From Owenia fusiformis (lineage: Eukaryota), in the NCBI GenBank assembly GCA_903813345.2, contig CAIIXF020000001.1, positions 25,234,001-25,298,000 on the forward strand: a stretch of 64,000 nucleotides of DNA. Reading direction: 5' to 3'. A program made the translations under genes and the position numbers. Of this stretch, positions 13,508 to 26,000 are shown one piece after another (position 1 is the stretch's first letter; each line of letters begins with the position of its first letter). The notes under the pieces were generated by a model that was given only the letters and a program-made list of their open reading frames with translations, did no database searches and had not been told where the DNA came from.

Positions 13508-15254
13508 TACTATGAAATATAAAATGATGTTATATTATCACGATAATATACAGAATCCAAAGTGCAAAATTCTTTAATTTTCACGTTTTTCCCATTCAAA
13601 AATATTTAAATAACGTTTTATTGATCGAGAAAGAAGATTTACCAATGATACGAATACTTTAAATAAAAGAGTTGTGAACAATCATTTGGAAGAATGATAG
13701 TTTGCCAATATTATTTTACCTCGTCGAACTTTATCATATGACGTATTGTATTTAACGCATGATTGTACATGTACGTAAATGATTATAAAGAAGATCTGTG
13801 TATATCACAATAGTAACTAAAGAAGCTGTCCTCACTTTGGGACGCAAATTAGCCAAGCCTTTGTAAAGGGTACGGCGTTAAGCTCAACTAACAAGAAAAC
13901 GTTTCAAGTAACTCGGATGTAAAAACACGAAGATTCATCGTTTCAGTCTTGATAATATATATACATAATTCACACATAATACACAAACATGTACAATTAA
14001 GTTTATCATACAGCAGGTATTACCAATGCCTCATATTTTCCATATACCTGTGACACTGACCCATATTGCTTGCAGTAAATAGAGCAAAGCAAAAACGTGC
14101 TGCAATTAGCACTAAAGCCAAATGTCCGATTTTTCAATCTGACATATCTCAAGCACTCATACTTGAGTTTTATTTTTGAGAAGTTCTAGGCCACCATATC
14201 TTAAAGATTGACTGGCATATTATGATAACAAGATTTTCATATAAGGTTATTTTGAACTTTTATTTTACAGTATATCATAGGTGTTGTCAAATTGAATCGC
14301 AATTCGTAGATTTCATCATTTAAGCGTTTCAATGCTTGCTTCCAATCAATAGTACAGTTTTCATATAGCTTTTGAAATCTCACTAAATCTCGTTTTTCGC
14401 GAGATCTTAAGAGATTTGGCATATTTGAATTCAGTAAACTCTTTTCTACAAGAATATCTTTGATTTATACAGTTATGTTATTTAAATCATTTTCCATGAC
14501 TTCCTCAACTGATCTGAAAGATCTCCATTGATGTAATCTTTAAATTCTCTAAAAACCTTGCTTGGTTTATTAGTTTAACAACCCAAGTTTTGATGATCAA
14601 TCACAATAAGTATGTTAAAAGGGTCATCACATGATATATCAATCAAGTTTTAAACAGATTCAACCAACACTTTTTAATCATGAAGATCTTAATATGGAAG
14701 TCAATGGGAGTCTGTCCCGAGAAAACACCTGAATAAAAGATGGAAGCACTGATTTTCATTCAGTTTTTCTTACCACGATATCTCATTACAATGCTTGCGT
14801 TTAATTACAACGCGACGATTGCTTTTATGTCCCCATAATGAATAATTGTATAAAATTGTTCCGATAGTAAGGTTCCATATATAGTATTCGAACATGACTG
14901 TATTCACGCCTTTTATAAACTGTAAACAAAGTCAACATTTCACCCGGGATATATTCGTGAGGAATAGCCCTGGTAATACGTGTAATGTGTGACGTCATAA
15001 CGGCGGGTTCGAATCGTAATATAGACCTCAGAGCAGGGGTAATATCGTCGAATACACCCCGCAGGACTAGGCACAAACGTTTTCTGTACCCCGGACGACC
15101 GAAGGGAGTGAGGGGTTCGGAAGCTTTTGTGCCTAGCCCTAATTTTACTCGTGCCACATTCAGACGTACAGTACATTGAAAAATAGCATTGGTTATAATA
15201 AATATGAGAGGAGTTATTATCTCAATATTTGTGAACAATATCTACGAAGGCTTA

Positions 15255-15393
15255 TGCCTTGGTCACATTTGCTCCGATTTTCACTACGGCGCCCGGCCGA
15301 TTGAGTATTTTGTTCAGAAATGTATTCAATTTTGAACAAATACTCAATCGGCCGGGCTCCAGCCGATGAATCGCAGCAAATGTGACCCAGGCA
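15255..15393. mobile_element. PIF/Harbinger-like palindromic MITE, TSD TTA
   Basis: Reverse-oriented copy of 10014-10156; TGCCTTGGTCACATTTGCT...AGCAAATGTGACCCAGGCA flanked by TTA. Confidence 0.8.
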
Positions 15394-15614
15394 TTACTAT
15401 ATAAATGTATACTCCTTCTTTTCAACAAAACTGCCCTGTTACTTAATATCAATATCAGTTATTCATTGTACTTAGAACTCGTTTGGTGTACAACAGATTT
15501 TTTAAAATATAGATGTCGCCTACTTACACGAACAAACTTTTCGACAAATGCTGCATCAAAACCTTACTTAAATATAGATGCTGTCTGGTATATAGAAAAT
15601 GGTTTCTATACATT

Positions 15615-16088
15615 ATACAATTGTAGACCTCTCTTGAGGTCAACTGGCAAAATTGTATACCGATACTGTAAACCTTTACTGTTTACTGTTGAGATATACA
15701 CTTTTGCCAGTTGACCGAATAGAGAGGTTAACAATTGTTTTGTTAATCCGAAGAATATAATAATTGGAAGGATTATATTATCGAATGTCAGGTGAACATA
15801 TTTGATAAGTGTAGCTGTATCATATTTTAGCAAAGGCAAAAAATCTTCAACCCGTCGAATATTTATAATTTTTTCACAACTCATTTTTTCGATTTCTTTT
15901 CAAAATCAAAAAAAGTTCAACATTTTAAAAAACCTTTTTTTCCAAAAGTAGCGGTCAACAGTACCTAGTACAGTACATACGCTCATCAACCAATCAGAAT
16001 TGAGTATTTCAACTGAGGTACTAACAATATACAATTGTAGACCTCTCTTGAGGTCAACTGACAAAATTGTATACCGATACTGTAAACC
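15615..16088 (+). repeat. Pair of about 60-bp direct repeats (15615-15675 and 16030-16088)
   Basis: TACAATTGTAGACCTCTCTTGAGGTCAACTGRCAAAATTGTATACCGATACTGTAAACC occurs twice with one mismatch. Confidence 0.8.
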
Positions 16089-16765
16089 CTGAAAGTGCTT
16101 CTATGAATGTTCATATCTCTGGTAGTAATGTTCTATTGACAAAGTGTTGATTTTTTGATGGACATCCTACGAAACGTCAAAAAATATCTCTGAGAAAGAA
16201 AATCAACAACTTTGTCAATAGTATTTGAAAGTACTGTTGACCGAGACCGGAGGTCGACCGCTAATTGACCAATCAGATGCGAATATTTCCACCGAGGTAC
16301 TAACAACATGATATGTTTTCTCGGCCGATCCTGACTTCATATATTCAAGTATATATAAGTATGTTCTTGTTTTACTCTTTGGCGTACTATTCCCGTCCAT
16401 TTGTCCAAAACAAGTAGAGAAGCATCATGTATGTTTAATAAATGAATATTCACATAATATTGTATTGTATAATATCATTGTACATTACAATTATATTATG
16501 TATTAGAACGAGAAAATCCCATATTTTGACTCATTGTTGAATCATTGATTGTGTCATTTCCATTCTAGAGATCCATCAACACCAAAATTAAAGTCGGTCC
16601 ATCATTGTAAGATTAATAGCTAGGTGAGCGATAAATACATGTGATATTACCCAAGGGTTATCTCGCAACTAACCTCATAATACATTGAATGCTAAATGCG
16701 ATAAACTGCATATTTATATTGACATTTTAGAAACGAAGATTAATTAAGTTTTGGAGAATGTAAAG

Positions 16766-17330
16766 TACGAAGCTTTAAAAGGGACATATTTTTCAAATTA
16801 AAAAAAAATCAATTTTAATTTTTCAAATCTCAAAAAAACTTATAAAAATTCACAAAGTACTTATATAAAATCTAAAAACTTTAATAAAACACAATTTTAG
16901 TTTTGTAATATATCAAAATATTAAATGAAAAATCGATTTTTCTGTTTTAAATCTAAAAAACTTATAAAAATTCACAAAATACTTATCTAAAATCTAAAAA
17001 CTTGAATGAAACAGGATTTGATTTTTGTAATTTCGAAATTCATTTTTCAATTTATTTATTTTTTATATTTATGGAAAAATACCTAGATTACTTTAAAGAA
17101 ATCAAATTAGTTTACAGATTTTAAAAATAGTTTTATAAAATACGATGGGACTTTTGCAATTCAAAATATTATTTTCAAAATAATTTTCCAAAAGTATAGA
17201 ATTATAAAAATAATTTTGCAAAATAAAAAATAATTTTACAAAACTAATATTGAAAATGCATAAGTATTTTAATTTTACAAAAGTCTTCTGTAAAGGAGAT
17301 TTTGTAGAATCTAGATGCGGCGTGTCATGA
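16766..17330 (+). repeat. Left terminal inverted arm of the IS3EU-type element
   Basis: 22-bp perfect TIR, then AT-rich subterminal repeats (AAAAACTTATAAAAATTCACAAARTACTTAT..AAAATCTAAAAACTT near 16835 and 16956), ending in AAGTCTTCTGTAAAGGA..ATGCGGCGTGTCA. Confidence 0.85.
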
Positions 17331-17348
17331 CTTATAATCGAAGAAGAA

Positions 17349-19216
17349 ATGGAGTCAGATCGAGATGAATGTATAGCCACATACTTTGAAGACGGTTTTA
17401 CGTACAAGGAGATCGGCATGTTGTTAAAGTTCCGTCATGGAATTACACTTTCGGAGAGACAGATCAAGAGGGATTTAAAGAAGATGGGGCTCTCAAGAAA
17501 ATTCGATAAAACTGCCATTGGCACAGTTGCTGACGCTATCATTCAAGAGATAGATCATGGCAGTGGGTCAGCAATGGGATACCGGAGTATGCATGGCAAA
17601 ATCACAAAAGTCCATGGGTAAGTCAATTGATTGATCAATCTCCACAATTTTACCATCGGGGAAGTATCAATGTCCTGATTCCGGAATCGAGAATAGTATC
17701 TGGTACCCCGAATCCCGATTGTAAAATTGTGGAGATTGGATTTGAAAAATCAGCCCCACATTTATGAGGTACATGTATGGGAAGGCATAGGCTGGAATGT
17801 GATTCCGCCAATCAGATCACTTTAAGGCCAGCAACTATTCTGCCGTCAACTGAATACTTTTCTTGAAAATACCTACTGTATGCTGCCCATCAAGTCAGTT
17901 CAACATACACCAGTACTCAATACATGTTACCTAGGTCATCTCAGTACCTGTACCTGTCGCTTAGTTTTCATTGAAGGCAAACTCAATTATTAAAAAGATG
18001 TCATCATGACGTTTGAAACCGTTGCCACTTGTGGCATAAGTTAAAAAAGTTGTGTCGTATCTTAATCTCAGTACATGTATTTTCCCCTTTTTGGTCCTCG
18101 TCATCTCATTTTCTGGTATATGTCACCTCAGAGTGCTGTTGTTTCATTTTCTGTTACCCATCAATTCAGTTGTTCCCGTCAACTCAGTTTTGTACCTGTC
18201 ATCCCGCCCAATAAGATACTCATAAAGTTCTTTACCATTATACTGTATTTCACTATTTTATCTCCCCTTTTTCTGGCATAAAATAAAGTATGACAGCTTT
18301 TGTGAATTGCAGGCTGAAAACAGATCATGAAACAATTCGCCGTTTGCTCTCAGTTCTTGACCCAGAAGGTGTACACAAACGATCAACGAGACGCTTACAA
18401 AGGCGACAATATACATCTGAAGGGAGCAACTATATATGGCATATTGATGGCTGGGATAAACTAACTCCATATGGTTTAACTGTCCATGGATGCTTGGATG
18501 GATTCAGTAGAAGAATATTGTGGCTCAAAGCAGGATCTTCAAATAAAAACTCTATGTTAATTTGCAAATACTTTTGCGATTGTGTTAAAAATGTAAATGG
18601 TATTCCAAAGATTGTTCGCGCAGATCGGGGGACTGAGAATGTCAAGGTTGAACTGCTTCAAACTGTTCTACGCTCTGTAAATGATGACTGTTCATGTAAA
18701 GTTGCATTTCTGTATGGAAAATCAACTGCAAACCAGAGAATAGAAAGTTTCTGGAGTAAATTTCCAATATATGGAGCAGCAATGTGGATATCTCACTGCC
18801 GCCAGCTGTTAGATGTTGGCATTATTGACAATTCAAACATACTAGACATTGAGTGTATGAGATATTGTTACATGGATCTACTGCAAAGAGAACTTGACAC
18901 AACGCAAAGAATGTGGAATACACACCATATTCAAAAATCAAAATCTGTCAGTTCAGTTAATGGGAAACCAGATATTCTGTACTTTGCCCCTGAAGAATTT
19001 GGACATAAGGATGTGTTGCAAAAGATTGACCAAGAAATATTTGCTCAGTTAGAATCTGACAATACTTGTGTTGTAGAAACTAACAAGGAACACTTCAAAG
19101 AATTATTCCAAATGCTTATGGAGGAAAGTGGAAAATCAACCCCTAACACATTAGAGGAGGCAAGAGAGTTGCTGGTTTTTCTGTTAGATAAAATTAATCA
19201 TGAACTGCAACAATAA
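17349..19216 (+). CDS. IS3EU-type DDE transposase/integrase, 2 exons, 390 aa
   Basis: Exons 17349-17617 (GG|gtaagt) and 18313-19216 (ttgcag|G) join in frame (phase 2). N-terminal HTH/Clr5-like segment YFEDGFTYKEIGMLLKFRHGITLSERQIKR. Catalytic motifs WHIDGWDKL, VRADRGTEN and STANQRIESFW, with 39 residues between the second D and the E. No stops or frameshifts. Confidence 0.92.
17636..17738. repeat. About 100-bp hairpin (mini-MITE-like) in the transposase intron
   Basis: CAATCTCCACAATTTTACCATCGGG pairs with CCCGATTGTAAAATTGTGGAGATTG (24 of 25). Confidence 0.7.
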
Positions 19217-19687
19217 TCCATTGAATAAGCTTATTCACATCAGTAGGCTTTCAGATTTTTTGAATCAAGCCTGAAGTGTTGATGTTTTACAATTCTGTAT
19301 AATTTGGTCGTAAAGCTGTTAATTGTAATGATTTTTCAAGTGGTTGGAAGTTTTCAGGTAGTTTGTCGGTGCAAGGGTTTTTTCAAAATATCACCAAATG
19401 GCTAACTCCTACTTTGAATTGCAATTCTTTCATTTCTATGTCAGTGCATCCATCTGTTTTTTTGTTGAAAATACAAGAGGTGAGTGAGTGAACAGCCAAT
19501 TTGAAATTGTTAAATGGATGTTATAAAAAATGACTTTGGGTGCATTAGACTAGTATTATGCAATGCAATTATATGAAATACTGTGTAATTAGCTGGAATT
19601 GGACACCTTTCCTTGCATAACATGAGCTCCTCTTTCGGTGGGATAATAATCGTATTGAATATATTGATAATGTTCATTCATTTCCAG

Positions 19688-20219
19688 TTTTTATGTCACC
19701 ACCAAAAGTGGTGACATATTGTTATGGTCTCGTGGTCTGTTTTTTGTTACGGCGGTTGGTGTCTGGTATCTGGTCTGTAACAAATTCTTACAACTTTCAA
19801 TAACTTTACAAATACTGTTTAGACTGACTTCAATTTTTTTCTGAAGCATCTACAAGGTCTTAGAAGTGCATATCTGACTTAAAATATGAGATTTGACCTT
19901 CAATGACCTTCTCAAGATCAACAAAAAAAGGTCAAAAAGGTCTTTTTTCAACTTGCTTCAAATTGACAAAAATTTTTTCCAAATCATCTACAAGTTCTCA
20001 GGAATTCAAATCTGACTTTAGATTTACGATTTGACCTTTAATGACCTTCTCAAGGTCAAAACGGTCTTTTTTACTCTGCTTCAAATTGCACAATTTTTTT
20101 TTCAAAATCATCTACAAGTTTTCTGAAGTTCAAATCAGACTTTAGATTTAAGGTTTGACGTGCTTTAAATTGACCAAATTGTTTTAGGTGGTGACATTTT
20201 GTCATGTTAATGCCTTGTT
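19688..20219 (-). mobile_element. Helentron-derived (HINE/DINE-1-like) family A, copy 1
   Basis: One end AACAAGGCATTAACATGACAAAATGTCACCACCT, the other a hairpin TGTCACCACTTTTGGTGGTGACA followed by an A-run. Subterminal inverted repeats plus internal repeats. Confidence 0.7.
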
Positions 20220-21282
20220 CTTATTCCAGTCTATTGGGATGCACTGGAGTTTTACTTTTCCACTGTGGCCACCCTGTACAATATGCCATTATACTTGTGG
20301 GACAAATAAAATGAAATAAAAACACTTAGCATTTTAGTATCTCATTATATTTCTCATAACTAATATTACACAGAATAAGGTATTTCTGAATTATACACAC
20401 CAAGATGCACTAGGACTCAGTATTCCTTAAAAAGTAACATCATTATTTAATTCTTTGCAACTGCAAATATTGTTCTTCTTCGTTCTTTGGGATAATGAAT
20501 GCATCTTAAAAAATTTAACTTATAAACTAAAAAGTACTTGTTATTTTGATACAAGTGTCAGATACTCTAGTTTACAATTATAAATCAGAGATTTAAAGAA
20601 AATTTGCTTCATTCTTTCTAAATATGGTATAAAAATGACATGGTATAATGATGTTTGGCATGTTCAAAATATTGGCAATATTTTACATGCTTCGAAGAGT
20701 AATTCTTAACATGATGTAACAGCAATCAATTTACAACAGATAAACTTCAGCTTAAATTATGCACAAATCAAGTACTGAACCGATTTCTTAATTGGCAATA
20801 CAACTTACAGAAATCTCCACATTCTATCCACAATTCACACTTACATGTAAATTCACATTTTCAGCATCTAGTAGTATTACATCACACAATCCATAGCAAC
20901 AATAATCAACATCTTAAATTATTCAGGAATGTATATGATATACCTAATAACAGCTCTCATACAGTCATCAAAATTTAGTAATCAAAGTTTGTATAGAATC
21001 GTCTAATTGTTAATACTAAGTACTGTACAGGAACACTTAAAAATATCTTAAAACAAACTTTCTCAAGTACCTTTTTCATAGGCAAGCTAATGCTATAGGT
21101 ATATTGATCATGACTAAATAAATATTTTTAAAAAGCTTTCAGAATCAGACTACAAGTGGTCCCACAATGTGTTGGACATGCATCCATTTTAGCTATAAAA
21201 ATAGCAATCACATTTGAGTATTCATAGTCAATAACATATGTCACAATTTTGATTGCATTTCTCTTCTTAGGAATGATAAATA

Positions 21283-21889
21283 CAGGGCGACTCAAAAAAA
21301 AATGACACCCACCTTTCGTTGCATAACTTGTTGGTCTATGGTCATACAGACTTGTCATTTAGCACATTTAAAGAAGACATAATGTGTAAAGACCTCAAGA
21401 CATTTCAGATGTGTAGCTCAAATGGATCAAATTTTATGAGCGTTACAAGATTTGTTCCATATGACATATATGACGTACATTCCTTTGTAGGCGAACATGA
21501 ATTCTACAGGCAAAGTTGTTGATTACCCTTACACATTGAGATATGGCCCTGATCTTCCTTGTAATTTCTCTCTTTAAGTCAGCTGTTTTGGGGATGTTTT
21601 GTCTCATACATATGGTCCTTTAAATACCCCGAGGTAAAAATTTGGTGGGTTAATATCAGGGGAATGGGGTGCCCACTCAATCTCAGATCTGCGGCTAATG
21701 AGAAAGTCTCCAAAGTGAGAATTTATTGTAATGCTCATAAAATTTAAACCACTTGAGCTACATATCTGAAATTTCTCGAGGTGCTTACGCATTATGTCTA
21801 CTTCAAATGTGCTAAAGGACAAGTCTATATGGTAATGGACAAATAAATTATGCAGCATAAGGTGGGTGTCATTTTTTGCGTCACCCTTG
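21283..21889 (-). mobile_element. Tc1/mariner deletion derivative with about 170-bp TIRs
   Basis: TA|CAGGGCGACTCAAAAAA..TGACACCCACCTT is mirrored at 21859-21889|TA. Internal remnant EWAPHSPDINPPNFYLG resembles the WPxxSPDLNPxDF transposase motif. Confidence 0.8.
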
Positions 21890-22235
21890 TACATGATGAA
21901 CGTCATCCAAATATATCCTATTTTAAGAAAATACACAAATTAACAATGTTTGGTCATCAACTGTTTCAATTTTGCTGGAGTTCTAATGAGATTGTGTGAG
22001 ACTGGACCCAAAGCTATCCTATTTACACTGTAGAACTACTCCATAGTCAACTTTATTAGACCACAAGAATAATATTACGTCATAGTCAGTGCTCTCTCAT
22101 GTTAAATCTTTTTGACACTATGCCTGACACATATTCACTGTACCCTCCACTGTCCACTATTCACAAAACAGCCCCATTTTAATCCACTATGTTATAGAAG
22201 CGTCTGCAGTCTCCTTTGCCTTCAAACTAATCATC

Positions 22236-22912
22236 AAACTAGACAACACTGAGCAACGCCGAAGCGTAGCAAATCCCATCGAACAGCCATTTTACAAAAT
22301 CCTTCTTCTTTTTCAGTTATAGCAAAAATTCATCATTTTAAAAATGGTCGCTCACTAGCCAAGAGTAATATATGTTTCTAAGTAGGCACATATACAATTT
22401 CAGCAAAATCACACACACAAACATGTAAATGGTGGCCATTTTTCAAAATGGCTGCCTACTACCTAAAGTGTCATAAAACAGTGTGCCATGCTTATGAGTA
22501 TTCACATATCAAATATGAACAAAATCGCTCCACTACTTTTGAAGTTACAGCAAAAATTGTAAAGTAGCGTGTAAAAGCCGCCATTTTTCAAGATGGCTGC
22601 CATGTGTTTCTTAAATATCTACATTTCTTGCTTTATCAATGTCCTATATAATTTTTTTACATTTTAAACACATTGCTATTACAGTTTTATATATTGTACC
22701 TAAATTACTGTAAAATCGGCACTAAAATGACCGCCATTTTGAAACGAGTGGCCATTTTGAAAATCGGCTTTCGAGCAGAACTTCTACTCTCAAAACAAAA
22801 TCGGGCAAACGGTATTTGAGTTATCCCCCGGACAGACGGATGTACGGAAGGAAGGACGTACGGACGGAGGCGTTCCCTATATCCCTCCGAACTTCGTTCG
22901 ATGGGATAATTA
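22236..22912 (+). mobile_element. HINE-like family B copy (GGAC microsatellite, terminal hairpin)
   Basis: AAACTAGA..GTAGCAAATCCCA start, internal GCCATTTT repeats, (CGGA)n, and TATATCCC..GAACTTCGTTCG..GGGATAATTA end. Other copies at 28029-28226 and 38177-38919. Confidence 0.7.
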
Positions 22913-23044
22913 GAGAAATGAATTCTCAGATGATAGCTTTAAAATGCTAATGCTAAAGAAATCTTAAGCTTCAGGCAATGTCCACTAAAAAATGTAAATC
23001 CTGACAGTGCGCCAGGAAACATGTACAGTATGTAGACAAGACTT

Positions 23045-26000
23045 TTAATGTTTGCCAAAGTACTTATTACTAAATGCATAATCAAATTTTGCAAATACAC
23101 TATCTTGTTTGATCCCATCATAATATGGAAGGCGGAAAGTATTTGTGCATGTAGAAGATGTTGGGATATCATCATTGTTGTCATAGAATTCAATGGTTAA
23201 TCCCGGGTCGAACCCTGTTATGGGTTCCGTTTCAGAGCCTGTTATGAATTTAAGTATCATTGGGATATCAACTGGCCTGTTGCCATCTGAAAATACAAAA
23301 TATGAAAAGTGAAACACATGTTTATTTTCATTCCAAAAGAGACTTACTTGTAATTCATAAGTTACTATACTAGTAGTAGCAATATTATGTGAAAAGCAAA
23401 TAAAGTAAATAATTGAGTGAGTATAGTTAACCTGTATTGATAAATAGAGGACACTTTGATAATTTTGTTTAAACGAGACCTCTTTAAAGCACTTATATTT
23501 ATTCCATATACTGTAATCAGAAGATGTAAGTCAGACTTAGTGTTTTATACTTCTAATTAGCATTACTTGCGCTTGCATGTACAACAAGGCATTAACATGC
23601 AAAATGTCACCACCTGCCATTCAGCTATTTGTGATAGACACAAACTGCCGAACACTGAACACCAACCACCGAACACCATCCACAAAAAAGTTGGAGACCA
23701 TAACAATATGTCATCACTTTGGGTGCTGACATAAAAATGAAAAATAGAAGATAATTATCAAAAATTGTTATTTACGCTGTACTTCTATTAAGTATTTGTT
23801 GAACATTCGAAATATTTTCTCTTCTTTTATTTTACTGTTGGTTCCCGCTTCGGAAAACACAGGTTTTACGAGACTCTTCAACTTGCGCATTGTCATGACT
23901 GCCTGGGTTCCTGGGCGAAGCAGATACCGCATAACGGGCTTCTTCCTTACAAGCTAAAACAAAATGATTGAAGTACAGTTAGAGGTTTCAATGAATGCAA
24001 GTGGCAAATTAATATAACATTTGGATTTGTAAGAAAAGTTTTTATCTTATGCTACAAGTGCATGCAACCATATTGTAATATATCCTTACGATTCTCAGAA
24101 AACCCATCTGACATTGTAATCAAAGTCTAGCTACAGATGCTGCCGTTTTAACATTTTTGAGAACAAGTTCCTGAATTATTGCACAAACACACAAATACAT
24201 GTAGATGAAAAAATAGATGGATTGATGGGTACTCAAATAAATGGATTGATGGGTACTCTCTCTGAACTTTGTTGGGTTTAAATATATATTTACCTCAAGC
24301 ACACCATACATGTTCATTCCTCTTGAAAACTCTCGCTCTCCTCCATTTAGTTCTAAGCTTTCCTTATTTAAGAGTCTATCCATCTGCCCCTCTGCCAGGA
24401 AGTTGACAGGTGGTCCCTCAAAAAGCAATGCCATAGCTTAAATTAAAAAAAATATTTCATTTATTTTCTTCAAAGAAAACATTTATGACCCCTACATATT
24501 TTTAGCTTTCATTTGAATCTAATGGAAAGTACAAAGGCTACTTCATATCAAAGATCAGAGTGACGAAATGACGAAAACTATTCAACTTATTTTGAAGCGG
24601 AAGTCAATACTCTAAAACGTTTTTAGAAAAGTTTTTCCATTTAAAATGTCTTTGGAAATTTGAAAATGACTGGTGAAAAAAATTATGTCCAGCCAAAATG
24701 TCTGACAACGGATTAGTCCTTAAGGCAAGCACTGGATGGGATAATTAACTTTAGAAGCAAAAATTAAAGAGCCCATAGGCCTAATATTAGTTTAGACAGC
24801 TACTCACCAACAGCAACACCAGCAGCAAAATATCCTATGTGTTCTCTTTCACTAGTACTGATCCAGCACTCATTGTTGATCACATTTAGGAATGGTGAAT
24901 CATCGCCTTTGATGTACCTGCAATAATTTATCTTCGTGAATCTTCAATAAGTTTAAATAATGCATTATGTACCATTCAAATGTTTGCATGAGACACCCCA
25001 CAAAAGGGTAGAAAATTATCACAGTAGCATCCAAGGAGGTGGGATACTGCCATCATACTGTTTCCTGGGAGTAGGAACTTCTGAAATGTGAATTCCTCCT
25101 GGGTATTTCATGTATTTCAACTATATTTGACCAGCTATTATTGTTACCAGGATGGGGAATTTAACTCACTTGATTGCTACATAGATGGGGAATTTGGCAG
25201 CCCATTTTCTATTTTGTTGAAATCAAGTCTCAGTAAAACCTTTAAATATTACATTATCTAATTCTATATTACAGTATGCTCAATCCACTGTTGTTTTTCA
25301 GAAAACCCAAAACAAACAAAATAGTCTGGGAACATAACTTGTACTGGTCTCACCTCCCATATACATCTTAATCCAAGATTTTCTTGGAGGAACATTCATA
25401 CATACAGCTTTTTGTTTGACCAATTTTATATCTGCATTGAAACTGAATGAAAATCAGATATCATAAAAAATATTATACAGTAGCAAAAAGAAACAAGACA
25501 CTAGGAAAACAATACTGCACTCTTGAATAGAATAGACAGTTTTTGGAATGAAAAGTCCAAAATGGCTATATTAACATTTACTCAGAATGACCAAAAACTA
25601 ATCATTACTAGACTTTCAATAAATAATTGAGCTAAAAAATTTAGGTCAAATGGTTTGGCTTGAAACATACAGACAAGACTTTTCAGACGAGATTTTAAGA
25701 ATGAAAATCCAACCCCTTATGAAAAATCTTGCAAAGGTTACAATATTAATTCCTTCATAATATTTTCACTTGCTCCAAGTTACACATACATTATATCTAT
25801 TGAGAGAATATTACCTTATTAAATCTGTAAGAAGTTCTCGACGTGGCCCACCAAGATCTTTGGCATTTTCACCATCGTACATCACCTCTATTCTCTGCCT
25901 AAAGTGTGTAGGAGGCCATGTTCGCACTTGCTCATCAAAATCATCAAAAATGATTTTCCCATCATCTCCAGTCAATCTAGTCACACATATTAGAGCATCT

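Noticed and set aside
1-16700. Numerous 60-140 aa ORFs in the ORF track
   Set aside because: No recognisable domains or consistent splice chains; most overlap MITEs or AT-rich non-coding DNA.
18290-19216. Stand-alone 308-aa integrase, or retroviral/LTR integrase
   Set aside because: It splices in frame to the upstream HTH exon. No LTRs, RT or gag are present, and TIRs with a TSD define a DNA transposon.
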